DNA of 36,581 nt from Candidatus Saccharimonadia bacterium (GTDB lineage Bacteria > Patescibacteriota > Saccharimonadia > UBA4664). This document shows, in pieces, positions 24,334-33,896 of this stretch. The translations under genes and the position numbers were made by a program. Positions within the stretch are counted from its first letter, which is position 1, and each line of letters begins with the position of its first letter. Under the pieces are notes generated by a model, which was not told where the DNA came from, ran no database searches, and worked only from the letters and a program-made list of their open reading frames with translations. Where the stretch lies: contig DATDME010000031.1 in assembly GCA_036518915.1 (NCBI GenBank), positions 1 to 36,581 of the forward strand. The letters are read 5' to 3'.

Positions 24334-24410
24334 GTTTTCTACTCCTTCATTTACACGGCCGCTTACTTGCACATCCGCGACTGTGCGCAAGCGTAGCATA
24401 GCGGAGACAC

Positions 24411-26585
24411 TCAATCAATGAGGTCAAGCACCCGCCGCACCAGCGTCACCCCAGGGATATGACGGAGCCGGCGCATCACGTCCGCCAGCTCAAACAAATC
24501 GGATACTTCAATGCCCAGCTGAATCTGCACCGCTTCACCACCGTTGCCCCGCTGGCCCGAGCTAATGCCGGCTAGCCGCAGGCCTTGCCGTGCAATGGCG
24601 CCCGTAATATCCGACACAATCCCCACCCGGTTAACCGCGCCAATTTCCATCCGCACCACAATCCACTCGCCCTGTTCATCGGTGGTCTCCCACTTGCAGG
24701 CTATCAGCCGTTCTGGTTCGCCGGGCAGGTTGCGGCAGCCCATGACATGCACCGTCACCCCCTTGCCCCGCGTCACAAAGCCCACGATCGGCTGCGGATA
24801 AACTGGTTGGCAGCAGGGTGCCAGGGTGTAGCTCAAATGCTTGCCCATCACCAGCACCCGGCCAGTAGTATTGGTACGCTTAACCACTGGCACATTGGCC
24901 GGCCGGCCGGCATCCGGGAACAGGCGTTTAATGGCTTGATTTAGGCTTAGAGCCCCCTCCGCCAGTTGCACCAGCAAGTCATCCAAGGATCGCAGATGCA
25001 GGTTATCAAGCGCCTCGGCCACTGCCCGCTTTGGCAGATCTTCCAGGCGCTTCATGCCCCAGGCCACCAGCCCGGCTTCAAGCATCACGCGACCCTCCGC
25101 CACATTGGCGTCCCGGCTAGCCGCCCGGAACCACGCCCGAATGCGGTTCTTGGCATGAGTTGTCACTACAAAGTTGAGCCAGTCGCGATTGGGCGCCGGT
25201 TCACGCCGGGTCACAATTTCCACTACGTCACGATTTTCCAGGCGCGTATCCAGCCCGGCCATGCGGCCGTTCACCCGGGCGCCCATCGCCCTGAGCCCCA
25301 CGTTTGAATGCACCGCGAACGCAAAATCCAGGGGCGTCGCGCCTTCGGGCAGCTCGTACAAATCTCCTTTCGGCGAGAAGACATAAATTTGATCCCTAAA
25401 CAGCTCCAGCCGCGCCCCTTCCACGAACTCCTGGGTGCTGCCGGTCGAGCGTTGTAGGTCACTGAGTTGCTCCACCCAGTGCAAGTTATTTGGCACAGCG
25501 CCGGTCCCCTTGCCCTGCTGGTACTGTTTGGAATGTTTCTGCTGATCATAGTAAAAGTGCGCTGCCAAGCCATATTCAGCTTCTTCGTGCATTTGCGGCG
25601 TGCGAATTTGGATTTCCGTGATCCGTCCCTCCGGCCCAAATACCGTGGTATGCAGGCTCTGGTAGCCGTTGGGCTTGGGCACGGCAATGTAATCTTTGAT
25701 GCGGTGGATCAGCGGCTTGTACAGCTGATGCACAATGCCCAACGCTTGATAACAGGCCGACACATCCGGCACAATCATCCGCACCGCCACCAGGTCATAA
25801 ATTTTTGATAGATCCCCATCAACCTTCGCCAGCTTCTTATGGATACTGTAGTAATGCTTGCGCCGACCTTCGATCTGCACCACCGTCACTCCGGCCGCCC
25901 GCACATGCTTCACCAGGCCCCGCTTGATAATGGCCAGTTCTTTTTCCCCCTGCCGGGCCGAGAGCTGCACCTGTTGTGCCAAATTGGCATAGGCCTCGGG
26001 CATGGCATGCTGAAAGCCTAAGTCCTCCATCTCACCTTTGAGCACACCCATGCCCAAGCGGTCAGCCAGCGGCGCGAACACTTCTAGGCTTTCCAGCGCA
26101 ATGAGCCGGCGCTTGTCGGCTGGCAAAAACTCCAGCGTCCGCAGGTTATGCAACCGGTCCGCCAGTTTCAGCAACAATACCCGGATATCTTTCGTGCTCG
26201 CCAGCAGCAGTTTGCGCAGGTTTTCACTGCTGGCCTGCCGCCGGTTGCTCTCGGGGTCCAGGCGCGGCGACGCCGATAACCGCAGTTTAGTCACCCCATC
26301 AACCAACTCCGCAACTTTTGAACCAAATTCTTGTTCAAGTTGCTGTAAAGTGACTGTTGTATCTTCCACCACATCGTGCAATAACGCCGCCATCACGGCC
26401 TCATGGTCCATGCCCCAACCAGCCACAATTTCCGCTACCGCCAATGGATGGATCACAAACGGCTCGCCACTCGCCCGCTGCTGATCTTGATGCGCCGCGA
26501 CCGCAAACGCCTCGGCGCGCTCAACGGCCGCCCTTTGCTCAGCGGTGAACCGGTGCGTGGCGTATTGCATATGTAATTTATTCAT
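24411..26585 (-). CDS. relA: Bifunctional (p)ppGpp synthetase/hydrolase (RelA/SpoT homologue)
   Basis: HD hydrolase motifs (HPLAVAEIV, LHDVVEDT), a synthetase core (YQSLHTTV), and TGS and ACT-like C-terminal regions. 724 aa. Confidence 0.97.
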   Translation of the reverse strand: MNKLHMQYATHRFTAEQRAAVERAEAFAVAAHQDQQRASGEPFVIHPLAVAEIVAGWGMDHEAVMAALLHDVVEDTTVTLQQLEQEFGSKVAELVDGVTKLRLSASPRLDPESNRRQASSENLRKLLLASTKDIRVLLLKLADRLHNLRTLEFLPADKRRLIALESLEVFAPLADRLGMGVLKGEMEDLGFQHAMPEAYANLAQQVQLSARQGEKELAIIKRGLVKHVRAAGVTVVQIEGRRKHYYSIHKKLAKVDGDLSKIYDLVAVRMIVPDVSACYQALGIVHQLYKPLIHRIKDYIAVPKPNGYQSLHTTVFGPEGRITEIQIRTPQMHEEAEYGLAAHFYYDQQKHSKQYQQGKGTGAVPNNLHWVEQLSDLQRSTGSTQEFVEGARLELFRDQIYVFSPKGDLYELPEGATPLDFAFAVHSNVGLRAMGARVNGRMAGLDTRLENRDVVEIVTRREPAPNRDWLNFVVTTHAKNRIRAWFRAASRDANVAEGRVMLEAGLVAWGMKRLEDLPKRAVAEALDNLHLRSLDDLLVQLAEGALSLNQAIKRLFPDAGRPANVPVVKRTNTTGRVLVMGKHLSYTLAPCCQPVYPQPIVGFVTRGKGVTVHVMGCRNLPGEPERLIACKWETTDEQGEWIVVRMEIGAVNRVGIVSDITGAIARQGLRLAGISSGQRGNGGEAVQIQLGIEVSDLFELADVMRRLRHIPGVTLVRRVLDLID

Positions 26586-28236
26586 AGAGAATGTCGCGAA
26601 TAATAAATTGTAAACTAGTTTTACCTTGATACTCGTTCTTGTTCAAGCACCCGACGAACCGCGCCGGCACCGTGCCCAAACGCTCGGCGTGTTCGCCCCA
26701 GCCAAACGCCACCGCCGCTATACGCTCACCCTGGCCATCCCGCAAACCCAACCGCAAGTGCTTACCCTCGCTGCCCATCCGCGCCAACCGTTCAACCCGA
26801 ACGCCAGATAGCACGATCAGCGGCTCGGGGTTGCCGTTACCAAACGGCTCGAGCTGTTCCAAAGCCGCCAAGGTCTCCCAGGTCAGCTCACCCACGCCCG
26901 GCAGCTCCAGCTCGGCCACCAGGCCGCCGCTGCCCACGGCCGGAGCTTGTGCCGCCCACTGCTCCGCCAAATGCTGCCGCAGCTCGGGCAACCGGTCGGT
27001 GGCCAGCGTAAAACCCGCCGCGAAGGCGTGCCCACCGTACCGCTCAAACAACTCAGGCTTGGCGCGCAGAGCCGCCACAATATCAAAGCCCGGCACACTG
27101 CGCGCCGAGCCCTTCGTGTGCTGGCCCAGCACCTGCGCCACCAGCACCGGCTTATGCAAGGTTTCAGCTACCTTGGAGGCGGCGATGCCCACAATGCCGT
27201 GCGACCATCCTTCATCCGCCAGCACCAATACCGGATCAGCCTCATACTGGACAGCCTGCAACAAGGCCGCTTTGACGATCCGCTGCTGCTCATCCCGGCG
27301 CTGCTGGTTCAAGTAGTCAAGCTCACGCGCAATTTCCGCACAGCGCCCAACGTCTGCCGACCGCACCAACTCCAGGCTCCGCTTGGCATGCTCTAACCGG
27401 CCAGCCGCGTTGAGCCGCGGCCCCAGCATAAAGCCCAAGTGGTGCGACCGCACCTCACCCAGCCGAAAACCCGCCACCTCCGCCAGCGCCCGCAACCCCA
27501 CCCGGCGGGTCTTGGCCATGACCTTGAGCCCATAGTGCACCAGCGCCCGGTTCTCGCCCACCAGCTGTACTACGTCACAGACCGTGCCAAACGCCACCAG
27601 GTCCAGCAGCCACTTTTCCTGGCCAGCCGCCGGCCGCCCCGTGCGCTGTGCCAAGGCCTGCACCATCTTAAACGCCACACCCACCCCGGCCAAATCCTTA
27701 AACGGATAGGCGTCGTCCGGCCGCTTGGGGTTAATGACCGCCACAGCCTGAGGAATTTCCGCCGGCACAGCGTGATGGTCGGTGATAATCAAATCGAGGC
27801 CGTGCTCCCGCGCCCAGGCTGCCTCCGCCACGCTCGTGATGCCGCAGTCCACGCTCACCACCAGCGTCACACCCTCACCCTGCAGGTATGCCAGAGCCTG
27901 TTGGTTAATGCCATAACCTTCTTCAAACCGGTCCGGAATATACGCCAGCGGCTCTAAACCCTGCGCTTGGAGGGACTCCACCATCACCGTTGTAGCCGTG
28001 ATGCCATCGATGTCATAATCGCCGTACACCGCCACCCGCTCGCCCCGCTCAGCCGCCAGCACCAGCCGCTCCACCGCCGGCCGCATATCGGTCAACCGCC
28101 ACGGATCATGCAGATCACGGCCGTAATCAGGCCGCAAAAAGGCCTGCACCGCCGCTTCGTCGGTCAGGCCACGGCCAGCCAGCAACCGCCGGACCAACTC
28201 CGGCACCGCCACCAACTCTGTCGCCATGCCACTCAT
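26578..28236 (-). CDS. recJ: Single-stranded-DNA-specific exonuclease RecJ
   Basis: DHH motifs: VYGDYDIDGITA, VSVDCG, IITDHH, GGHAFAAG. 8-nt overlap with relA. Confidence 0.95.
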   Translation of the reverse strand: MSGMATELVAVPELVRRLLAGRGLTDEAAVQAFLRPDYGRDLHDPWRLTDMRPAVERLVLAAERGERVAVYGDYDIDGITATTVMVESLQAQGLEPLAYIPDRFEEGYGINQQALAYLQGEGVTLVVSVDCGITSVAEAAWAREHGLDLIITDHHAVPAEIPQAVAVINPKRPDDAYPFKDLAGVGVAFKMVQALAQRTGRPAAGQEKWLLDLVAFGTVCDVVQLVGENRALVHYGLKVMAKTRRVGLRALAEVAGFRLGEVRSHHLGFMLGPRLNAAGRLEHAKRSLELVRSADVGRCAEIARELDYLNQQRRDEQQRIVKAALLQAVQYEADPVLVLADEGWSHGIVGIAASKVAETLHKPVLVAQVLGQHTKGSARSVPGFDIVAALRAKPELFERYGGHAFAAGFTLATDRLPELRQHLAEQWAAQAPAVGSGGLVAELELPGVGELTWETLAALEQLEPFGNGNPEPLIVLSGVRVERLARMGSEGKHLRLGLRDGQGERIAAVAFGWGEHAERLGTVPARFVGCLNKNEYQGKTSLQFIIRDILYE

Positions 28237-28281
28237 GCTACCTAGTATAGCAGCCGCCAGATGGCGTGGATGCCACGAAAA

Positions 28282-28437
28282 TTATATGGCAGTATACTTG
28301 CGAGCGAGAAAGTAAAAGTTAGGATCGCTGCGGCGCACAAAGCCTATCGGTGGCTCCGGGGTACGGCAGGTCATGCGGGCACGGTACACCGGCCGCCGAC
28401 TCGGTTGCAGCTTCAACCAGCGAATGAGGGTTTTCAT
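28282..28437 (-). CDS. Possible 51-aa basic micro-ORF coupled to the wHTH gene
   Basis: Below the track cut-off. The ATG overlaps the wHTH stop (ATATGA). MKTLIRWLKLQPSRRPVYRARMTCRTPEPPIGFVRRSDPNFYFLARKYTAI. No homology recognised. Confidence 0.2.
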   Translation of the reverse strand: MKTLIRWLKLQPSRRPVYRARMTCRTPEPPIGFVRRSDPNFYFLARKYTAI

Positions 28438-28718
28438 ATCGTCCGGCTCCCCCGCCGCGCTTGGCTCTTGAGTACCAAGCCCTGCAGCTCGCGGTAGAGC
28501 ATAAACTTCGGGTTGGCCGCGTAAACCTTGGAGTTACCCTCTTCTTTGACCGTCACAAAACCGACATCCGCGAGCCGTTTTAGCTCTCTCTGCACATTGC
28601 CGGGATCCTCTTTGATCATCTTAGCGAGGCCCCGCACATGCATGCGGAAGTCGGGATACTTGGTATATATTACGATAATTTTGCGTCGGGTTTTCGACGT
28701 GATGAACAGCTCTAGCAT
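28434..28718 (-). CDS. Winged-helix (ArsR/MarR-like) DNA-binding protein
   Basis: LFITSKTRRKIIVIYTKYPDFRMHVRGLAKMIKEDPGNVQRELKRLADVGFVTVKEEGNSKVYAANP is the typical wHTH layout. Locally AT-rich. Confidence 0.75.
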   Translation of the reverse strand: MLELFITSKTRRKIIVIYTKYPDFRMHVRGLAKMIKEDPGNVQRELKRLADVGFVTVKEEGNSKVYAANPKFMLYRELQGLVLKSQARRGSRTI

Positions 28719-28834
28719 CTATTTTTTGGTGTTTTATTTGGTGTTGTTAAATTCACCATACGCTAAGCGTTAGCTGAATGCAAGTCTTTTTTACAACGCC
28801 CGTACCAGATAAATTTATTGATTAAGCGCCCAGA

Positions 28835-29755
28835 TTATTTCTTACGGCTGCTGGCCTGAGCCACTGCCATCCGGCGCAGGCGGTAATTGTGCCACGTCAC
28901 CAACAGCGGCGAGGCGTTGAAAATTGATGAATACGTACCCGAGGCGATGCCCAACAGCAGCGCCAGCACAAACATCCGGATTGACTGGCCACCAAACAGG
29001 AACAACGCCAACAGCGTCAACAGCACTGTCATAGATGTGTTAATGGACCGGGCCATGGTTTCCAAAATGGAATTGTTCACAATGGCCTCAAACTCACCCC
29101 TCTGCCGGCGCAAGTTCTCGCGGATGCGGTCAAACACCACAATCGTATCGTGCACACTAAAACCAATGACCGTCAAAATAGCCGTCACAAACAACGCGTC
29201 CACCTCCACTCCAAAGAAGTGGCCCAGCAAGGAGAACACACCCAGCACAAACAGCGCATCATGCAGCAGAGCAATAATGGCCATGATGCCAAAGCTCCAC
29301 GGCGACACCGGCGGCGGCGCATTACGGAAAGCAAAGGCCACATACAACACAATGGCCGCACTCACCAGCACCAGGCTAACCACCGCGCTCACCGCGATCG
29401 TGCCAGAGACTGTTGGGCCCACCGAATCAAATGACAATTCGGTAATGTTTTGCTTCTCTAACGCCGACTTAAACTTCTGATGATTAGCCTCATGCTGAGC
29501 CTGCGGCGCGGGATCGCGAAACCGGATTTGCGTCTGGTCTGAGCCGCTAGCCACCACCTGAATATCCTTAAAACCCAGGCCGCTCGCCGCTTCATTCACC
29601 TTGGCCACGGTCACATCGCCCCGCACCACGCTCAGCTGACCCGAGCTAAAATCAATCCCCAACCGCAGGCCAAACAGCGCCAGGGAAATCACACCCGGCA
29701 CGATCATCACGAGCGAAATGGCGTACCAAATCTTGCGCTTGCCAATTAAATTCAC
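28835..29755 (-). CDS. secF: Protein translocase subunit SecF
   Basis: GIDFSSG, six TM helices, AILTVIGFSVHDTIVVFDRIREN motif. ATGA-type overlap with secD. Confidence 0.95.
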   Translation of the reverse strand: MNLIGKRKIWYAISLVMIVPGVISLALFGLRLGIDFSSGQLSVVRGDVTVAKVNEAASGLGFKDIQVVASGSDQTQIRFRDPAPQAQHEANHQKFKSALEKQNITELSFDSVGPTVSGTIAVSAVVSLVLVSAAIVLYVAFAFRNAPPPVSPWSFGIMAIIALLHDALFVLGVFSLLGHFFGVEVDALFVTAILTVIGFSVHDTIVVFDRIRENLRRQRGEFEAIVNNSILETMARSINTSMTVLLTLLALFLFGGQSIRMFVLALLLGIASGTYSSIFNASPLLVTWHNYRLRRMAVAQASSRKK

Positions 29756-31074
29756 TCCGCTGCTCCTTCCTCAGCCACCTGCTTCAAGCCATACCAGCGG
29801 ACGTTCTGGCCCCACCTGGTGCGGATAATCCACCGCAGCAAGCTGCGCGTTACCACCACCGAAGTGAACAATGATACCAGCACGCCCAAGCCCAGCGTCA
29901 CAGCAAACCCGCGGATAATGGGCGTGGCGCTGGAGGTTAAGAACAAGATAACGCAGGTCATGAGCGTACTCACGTTGGAATCGCGAATACTCGTCCAGGC
30001 CCGGTCAAAGGCCGCCTCCGTAGCCGCCCGAAAGCTCTTGCCCGCCCGCAATTCTTCCTTCATGCGCTCAAAGATGAGGATGTTGGCGTCCACCGCCATG
30101 CCAATACTGAGGATGAAACCGGCAATACCAGCCAGCGTTAATACAATGGTGTAGCCCGGCACAAACGCCGATAGTTTATAGATAGTAAGCGTGATAGCTG
30201 TGTAAATGGCCAAAGCCATCACCGCCAGCACGCCCGCCAAGCGGTAGTACACCAGCATGAAGATGGCCACCATACCCAAGCCAATTAGACCTGCCACCAG
30301 CGAATGCTGCACGCTTTCCTTGCCGAGCGTGGGGCCGACGGTGCGCTGCTCCACGAGCGTTACCGGCACCGGCAGCGCACCCGCCGTAATTTCGTCGGCA
30401 ATTTTGCGCGCTTCAGCAATGTCCATGTTGCCCGAGAGAATGGCGTTACCATCGGTGATCGACTCAGTGCGGGCCGGGCCAAAGGTTGGCTGGCCGTCTA
30501 GCACCGCCAGCAACAGATTTCCGGTCTGGCTGAGTTTGGTCGTGAGTTCACCAAATTTTTTGGTGGGATCGCCCGTCTTCAACTTGAGGCGCACCACCGG
30601 CTGGGCCCGCTGCGGATCGTAATCAGCCGTCGCCGATTCAATATCTTTGCCGGCAATGCCGGTTGGGATTTGCTCACTGGTGCTCTGATTGACTTCCACA
30701 AATTCCAAATTGGCAGTTTTGCCAATGCGGTCGATGGCTTCATTGACGTCTTTGACGCCCGGCAGACTCACCGTCACGCGGTCATTACCCTGTTGCTGTA
30801 CCGTGATCTCGCTCGTGCCGCCGAAGTTAGCTCGGCGCTGAATTACCGTAATTAATGATTCCAAGGCGGCCGTGCGTTGGGCCTGCGGCGTCTTAGAGAA
30901 ATCCGCTTGGAACACCAGCTGGGCGCCGCCCTGCAAATCCAGACCTTGGCGCACCGCCAGCTTGGCATTCTTCAAGCCCGCTGCCTTCAGGATAATGTCC
31001 TCACGTGGATAGGCCAGTACGGCGCAAACCACTGCCAACAGGAAAATCAGACCAAGTTTGACTCGTAAGCTCAT
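29752..31074 (-). CDS. secD: Protein translocase subunit SecD
   Basis: LGLDLQGG, periplasmic-type P1 domain, LAGIAGFILSIGMAVDANILIFERMKEE motif. Confidence 0.95.
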   Translation of the reverse strand: MSLRVKLGLIFLLAVVCAVLAYPREDIILKAAGLKNAKLAVRQGLDLQGGAQLVFQADFSKTPQAQRTAALESLITVIQRRANFGGTSEITVQQQGNDRVTVSLPGVKDVNEAIDRIGKTANLEFVEVNQSTSEQIPTGIAGKDIESATADYDPQRAQPVVRLKLKTGDPTKKFGELTTKLSQTGNLLLAVLDGQPTFGPARTESITDGNAILSGNMDIAEARKIADEITAGALPVPVTLVEQRTVGPTLGKESVQHSLVAGLIGLGMVAIFMLVYYRLAGVLAVMALAIYTAITLTIYKLSAFVPGYTIVLTLAGIAGFILSIGMAVDANILIFERMKEELRAGKSFRAATEAAFDRAWTSIRDSNVSTLMTCVILFLTSSATPIIRGFAVTLGLGVLVSLFTSVVVTRSLLRWIIRTRWGQNVRWYGLKQVAEEGAAE

Positions 31075-31085
31075 ATCTGCACCCG

Positions 31086-31115
31086 ATCATAGACGATGCG
31101 CTACTGGCTCGTCAA
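31086..31115 (-). promoter_or_regulatory. Putative secD promoter (TTGACG-N18-TATGAT), only 11 nt from the ATG
   Basis: Minus strand: -35 at 31110-31115 and -10 at 31086-31091. ATG at 31072-31074 with no SD in between. Confidence 0.4.
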
Positions 31116-31187
31116 TCTATTAGTAGACGTACGACGCAGGAGTACCGCAGGCAATGACGCAGCAATGCGCAAGGTACGAAACCTGCG

Positions 31188-31844
31188 CTATTGCCAGTTG
31201 GATACCACGTTGTTGATGCGCTCCATGACCGACGCCGGGTCAATCGAGCTCTCATCAGTGTAATAATGGCCCACGTTGAGGAAGTTATCCGGAATGTACA
31301 GGTAATGCATTTCGTCAACCAGACCGTGCAGACGTTCAATGGCCTCCGCCGGACCCACCGGAATCGCCGCGACCAGTTTCTCATGATGCACCCGCTGCAA
31401 AAAATGGAGGGCCGCGTCATAAGAAATGCCGTTCTTCACCCCATCGGTCGCGATGATAATGTTGCGGCCATCGAGCTGAGCCGGATCTGCCAAGCCATGC
31501 TCGCCCACCACGGTCGCCATTTGGTACATATGCTGCATCTTCTGCTCTTCGAGATACGTCCGCATATCCTCCATGTACTCTTCCATTTCGCCAGCACTCA
31601 CCATCGAATTGTAGGTAAACATGCCGCTGTGATCGATCGTCCCGAGCACCAAACTTTGGTCACCCGGCGCCGTAATGCGAGCCGTCAGCAACAGCGACAA
31701 CGTGCAGTGCAGACGCTTGGCGATCGCTTCGCCCACCACCACCCCGCCCGGAGAGAGCGCCATCACCGCGGTGTTCTCATAGCGGTATTGCATCAGTTCC
31801 TCAACCAGCTTCTCGCCTGCCTCGGCTCGGTCGTGGAAATACAT
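31188..31844 (-). CDS. Phosphoribosyltransferase-family protein (predicted PRTase)
   Basis: FHDRAEAGEKLVEEL...VMALSPGGVVVGEAIAKRL...IIIATDGVKNGISY is the PRTase fold pattern. Confidence 0.8.
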   Translation of the reverse strand: MYFHDRAEAGEKLVEELMQYRYENTAVMALSPGGVVVGEAIAKRLHCTLSLLLTARITAPGDQSLVLGTIDHSGMFTYNSMVSAGEMEEYMEDMRTYLEEQKMQHMYQMATVVGEHGLADPAQLDGRNIIIATDGVKNGISYDAALHFLQRVHHEKLVAAIPVGPAEAIERLHGLVDEMHYLYIPDNFLNVGHYYTDESSIDPASVMERINNVVSNWQ

Positions 31845-31932
31845 TTAGGCGCTCGCTAGTAACATAAGCATATTGTACCGCAGATATTACCAGAACGTAC
31901 GGCCACGCCAACGAGTCGTATATGATACCCCT

Positions 31933-33885
31933 ATGGAAGAGGCTCAATATGTACTTGTCACCCCGCTCGGCTACGCCGGCAGCGTGGAGGAACTAACCTA
32001 CCACACCTCTGCGCCGCTGGAGACTGGCCAGTTAGTGGAAGTGCCGCTCGGCCGGCGCCACATCATTGGCCTGGTTACCGGCACCACCAGCCGCCCCGGG
32101 TTCCCAACCAAAGCTGTCACCCGCTGCCTGCCCCAGCCTCCCCTGCCGGCCGAATTGCTCAGGCTGGCCCGTTGGCTCGCTGAATACTATGTGGCGCCGC
32201 TCACGACAGTGCTAGACACCATGCTGCCCGCCGGCCTCGGCAAGGCCCGCCGAGCCGCCAAACCCACCACCGCCAAGCCGGCCCACGGCCTGCCCCCGGC
32301 CGGGCTGACCGCCGAGCAAACCGCGGCCATCGCGGGTTTTCAGGCCTCGCCCCAGCGGACCGTCCTGCTCCAGGGCGTAACTGGTTCTGGCAAAACCCGG
32401 GTTTACCAGGAGCTCACCGCCGCCTGCCTGGCCGCCGGCCAATCGGTGCTGATGCTGGTGCCAGAAATCACCCTCACCCCGCAAATGGTGCACGGCTTTG
32501 AGCACTGTTTTGGCGACGTGGTGCTGGCCAGCCACAGCAAGCTCACCGAGGCCAAACGCCAGCAAATTTACGACGCCGCCCTGGCCGCCGCCACGGCCGG
32601 CCAGCCCCGGGTTATCATTGGGCCGCGGTCGTGCCTCTTCATGCCGTTGGCCCAGCTGGGGCTCATCATCATCGATGAGTGCCACGAGACGACCTACAAG
32701 CAAGAGCGGGCGCCGCGCTACCACACCATCCCCACCGCGGCCTGGATGGCCGCCGACCGTGGCGCCCGGTTGCTGCTGGGCTCCGCCACCCCGGGCCTTA
32801 ACGAGTTGTACCTGGCACAACAAGGCCGTCTAGGGCATTTGCAGCTCACGAAACGCGCCAACAACAAACCGCTACCCAAAAGCAAAATAATTGATTTACG
32901 AAACAAAAATTTATTCAAAGCGAACAAACTGATTGCGCAGCCGCTCGTTGAGGCCGTGGCCGAGACCGTGGCGCAGGGCCGCCAGGTCCTCCTCTACCTG
33001 AACCGCCGGGGCAGTGCCTCAAGCCAAATCTGCAGCGATTGCGGCTACGTCTCAAGCTGCCCCCATTGCCACCTCCCCCTCACCTTCCACGCCGACCTGT
33101 TGCGACTCATCTGCCACCATTGCAATTTCCGCCAGGCGAGCCCGGCCGTCTGCCCCAACTGCAACCAAGCCGCCTTAAAGCTCCTGGGGGCCGGCACCAA
33201 GCGCGTTGAAGCCGAGATTGCCAACTTGTTCCCCGAGGCCCGCATCGCCCGCCTTGACCGCGACTCCGCCACCCTCAACCACATCCACGCCACGCTCAAG
33301 CAGCTCAAAGCCGGTGAGCTTGATATTCTCGTCGGCACACAGATGATCGCCAAGGGCCTCGACCTGCCGGCCATCGACGTCGTGGGCGTGATTGGCGCCG
33401 ACACCATGCTCCACCTGCCCGACTACACCGCGGCCGAGCGCACCTTCCAGCTGCTTAGCCAAGTGAGCGGACGCGCCGGCCGCGGCGACCGCGCGGGCCA
33501 GGTTTACATTCAAACCTACTCGCCCGACCATCCGGCCATCCAGGCGGCGGCCCGCGGCCAGTTCGCGGAGTTTGCCGGCGCCGAGCTCGCCGAGCGCCAG
33601 GCCTTAACCTATCCACCTTACACCTACCTGCTCAAGCTTGAGGTAGCCACGGCCACCGCCGAAGCCGCCCGCGAAAAATCAGCCCAGCTCGCCGGCCAGT
33701 TGCGCCGTGTCCGCAGTCTGCAGGTGATGGGACCGGCCCCGGCCTTCCTAGAATATCAAGGCGGCAAACACCACTGGATTATCACCGTCAAATCGCCCCG
33801 CCGGCCCGCGCTGGCCGCCATCGCGCGGCAGCTGGCCACCGACGCCCATTGGACCGCCGACCTTGATCCGATCAATCTGTTATAA
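31933..33885 (+). CDS. priA: Primosomal protein N' (replication restart helicase PriA)
   Basis: LLQGVTGSGKTRVY (Walker A), IIIDECHE (DExH box), Cys-rich zinc-binding insert CSDCGYVSSCPHCHLPLTFH...CHHCN...CPNC. Start taken at ATG 31933 (TATGAT 6 nt upstream). Confidence 0.95.
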   Translation: MEEAQYVLVTPLGYAGSVEELTYHTSAPLETGQLVEVPLGRRHIIGLVTGTTSRPGFPTKAVTRCLPQPPLPAELLRLARWLAEYYVAPLTTVLDTMLPAGLGKARRAAKPTTAKPAHGLPPAGLTAEQTAAIAGFQASPQRTVLLQGVTGSGKTRVYQELTAACLAAGQSVLMLVPEITLTPQMVHGFEHCFGDVVLASHSKLTEAKRQQIYDAALAAATAGQPRVIIGPRSCLFMPLAQLGLIIIDECHETTYKQERAPRYHTIPTAAWMAADRGARLLLGSATPGLNELYLAQQGRLGHLQLTKRANNKPLPKSKIIDLRNKNLFKANKLIAQPLVEAVAETVAQGRQVLLYLNRRGSASSQICSDCGYVSSCPHCHLPLTFHADLLRLICHHCNFRQASPAVCPNCNQAALKLLGAGTKRVEAEIANLFPEARIARLDRDSATLNHIHATLKQLKAGELDILVGTQMIAKGLDLPAIDVVGVIGADTMLHLPDYTAAERTFQLLSQVSGRAGRGDRAGQVYIQTYSPDHPAIQAAARGQFAEFAGAELAERQALTYPPYTYLLKLEVATATAEAAREKSAQLAGQLRRVRSLQVMGPAPAFLEYQGGKHHWIITVKSPRRPALAAIARQLATDAHWTADLDPINLL

Positions 33886-33896
33886 TAACGCCCAAT

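Noticed and set aside
28261-28497. 78-aa plus-strand ORF between recJ and the wHTH gene.
   Set aside because: It is antisense to the wHTH 3' end and to the coupled micro-ORF, has no SD or promoter, and its composition is shadow-like.
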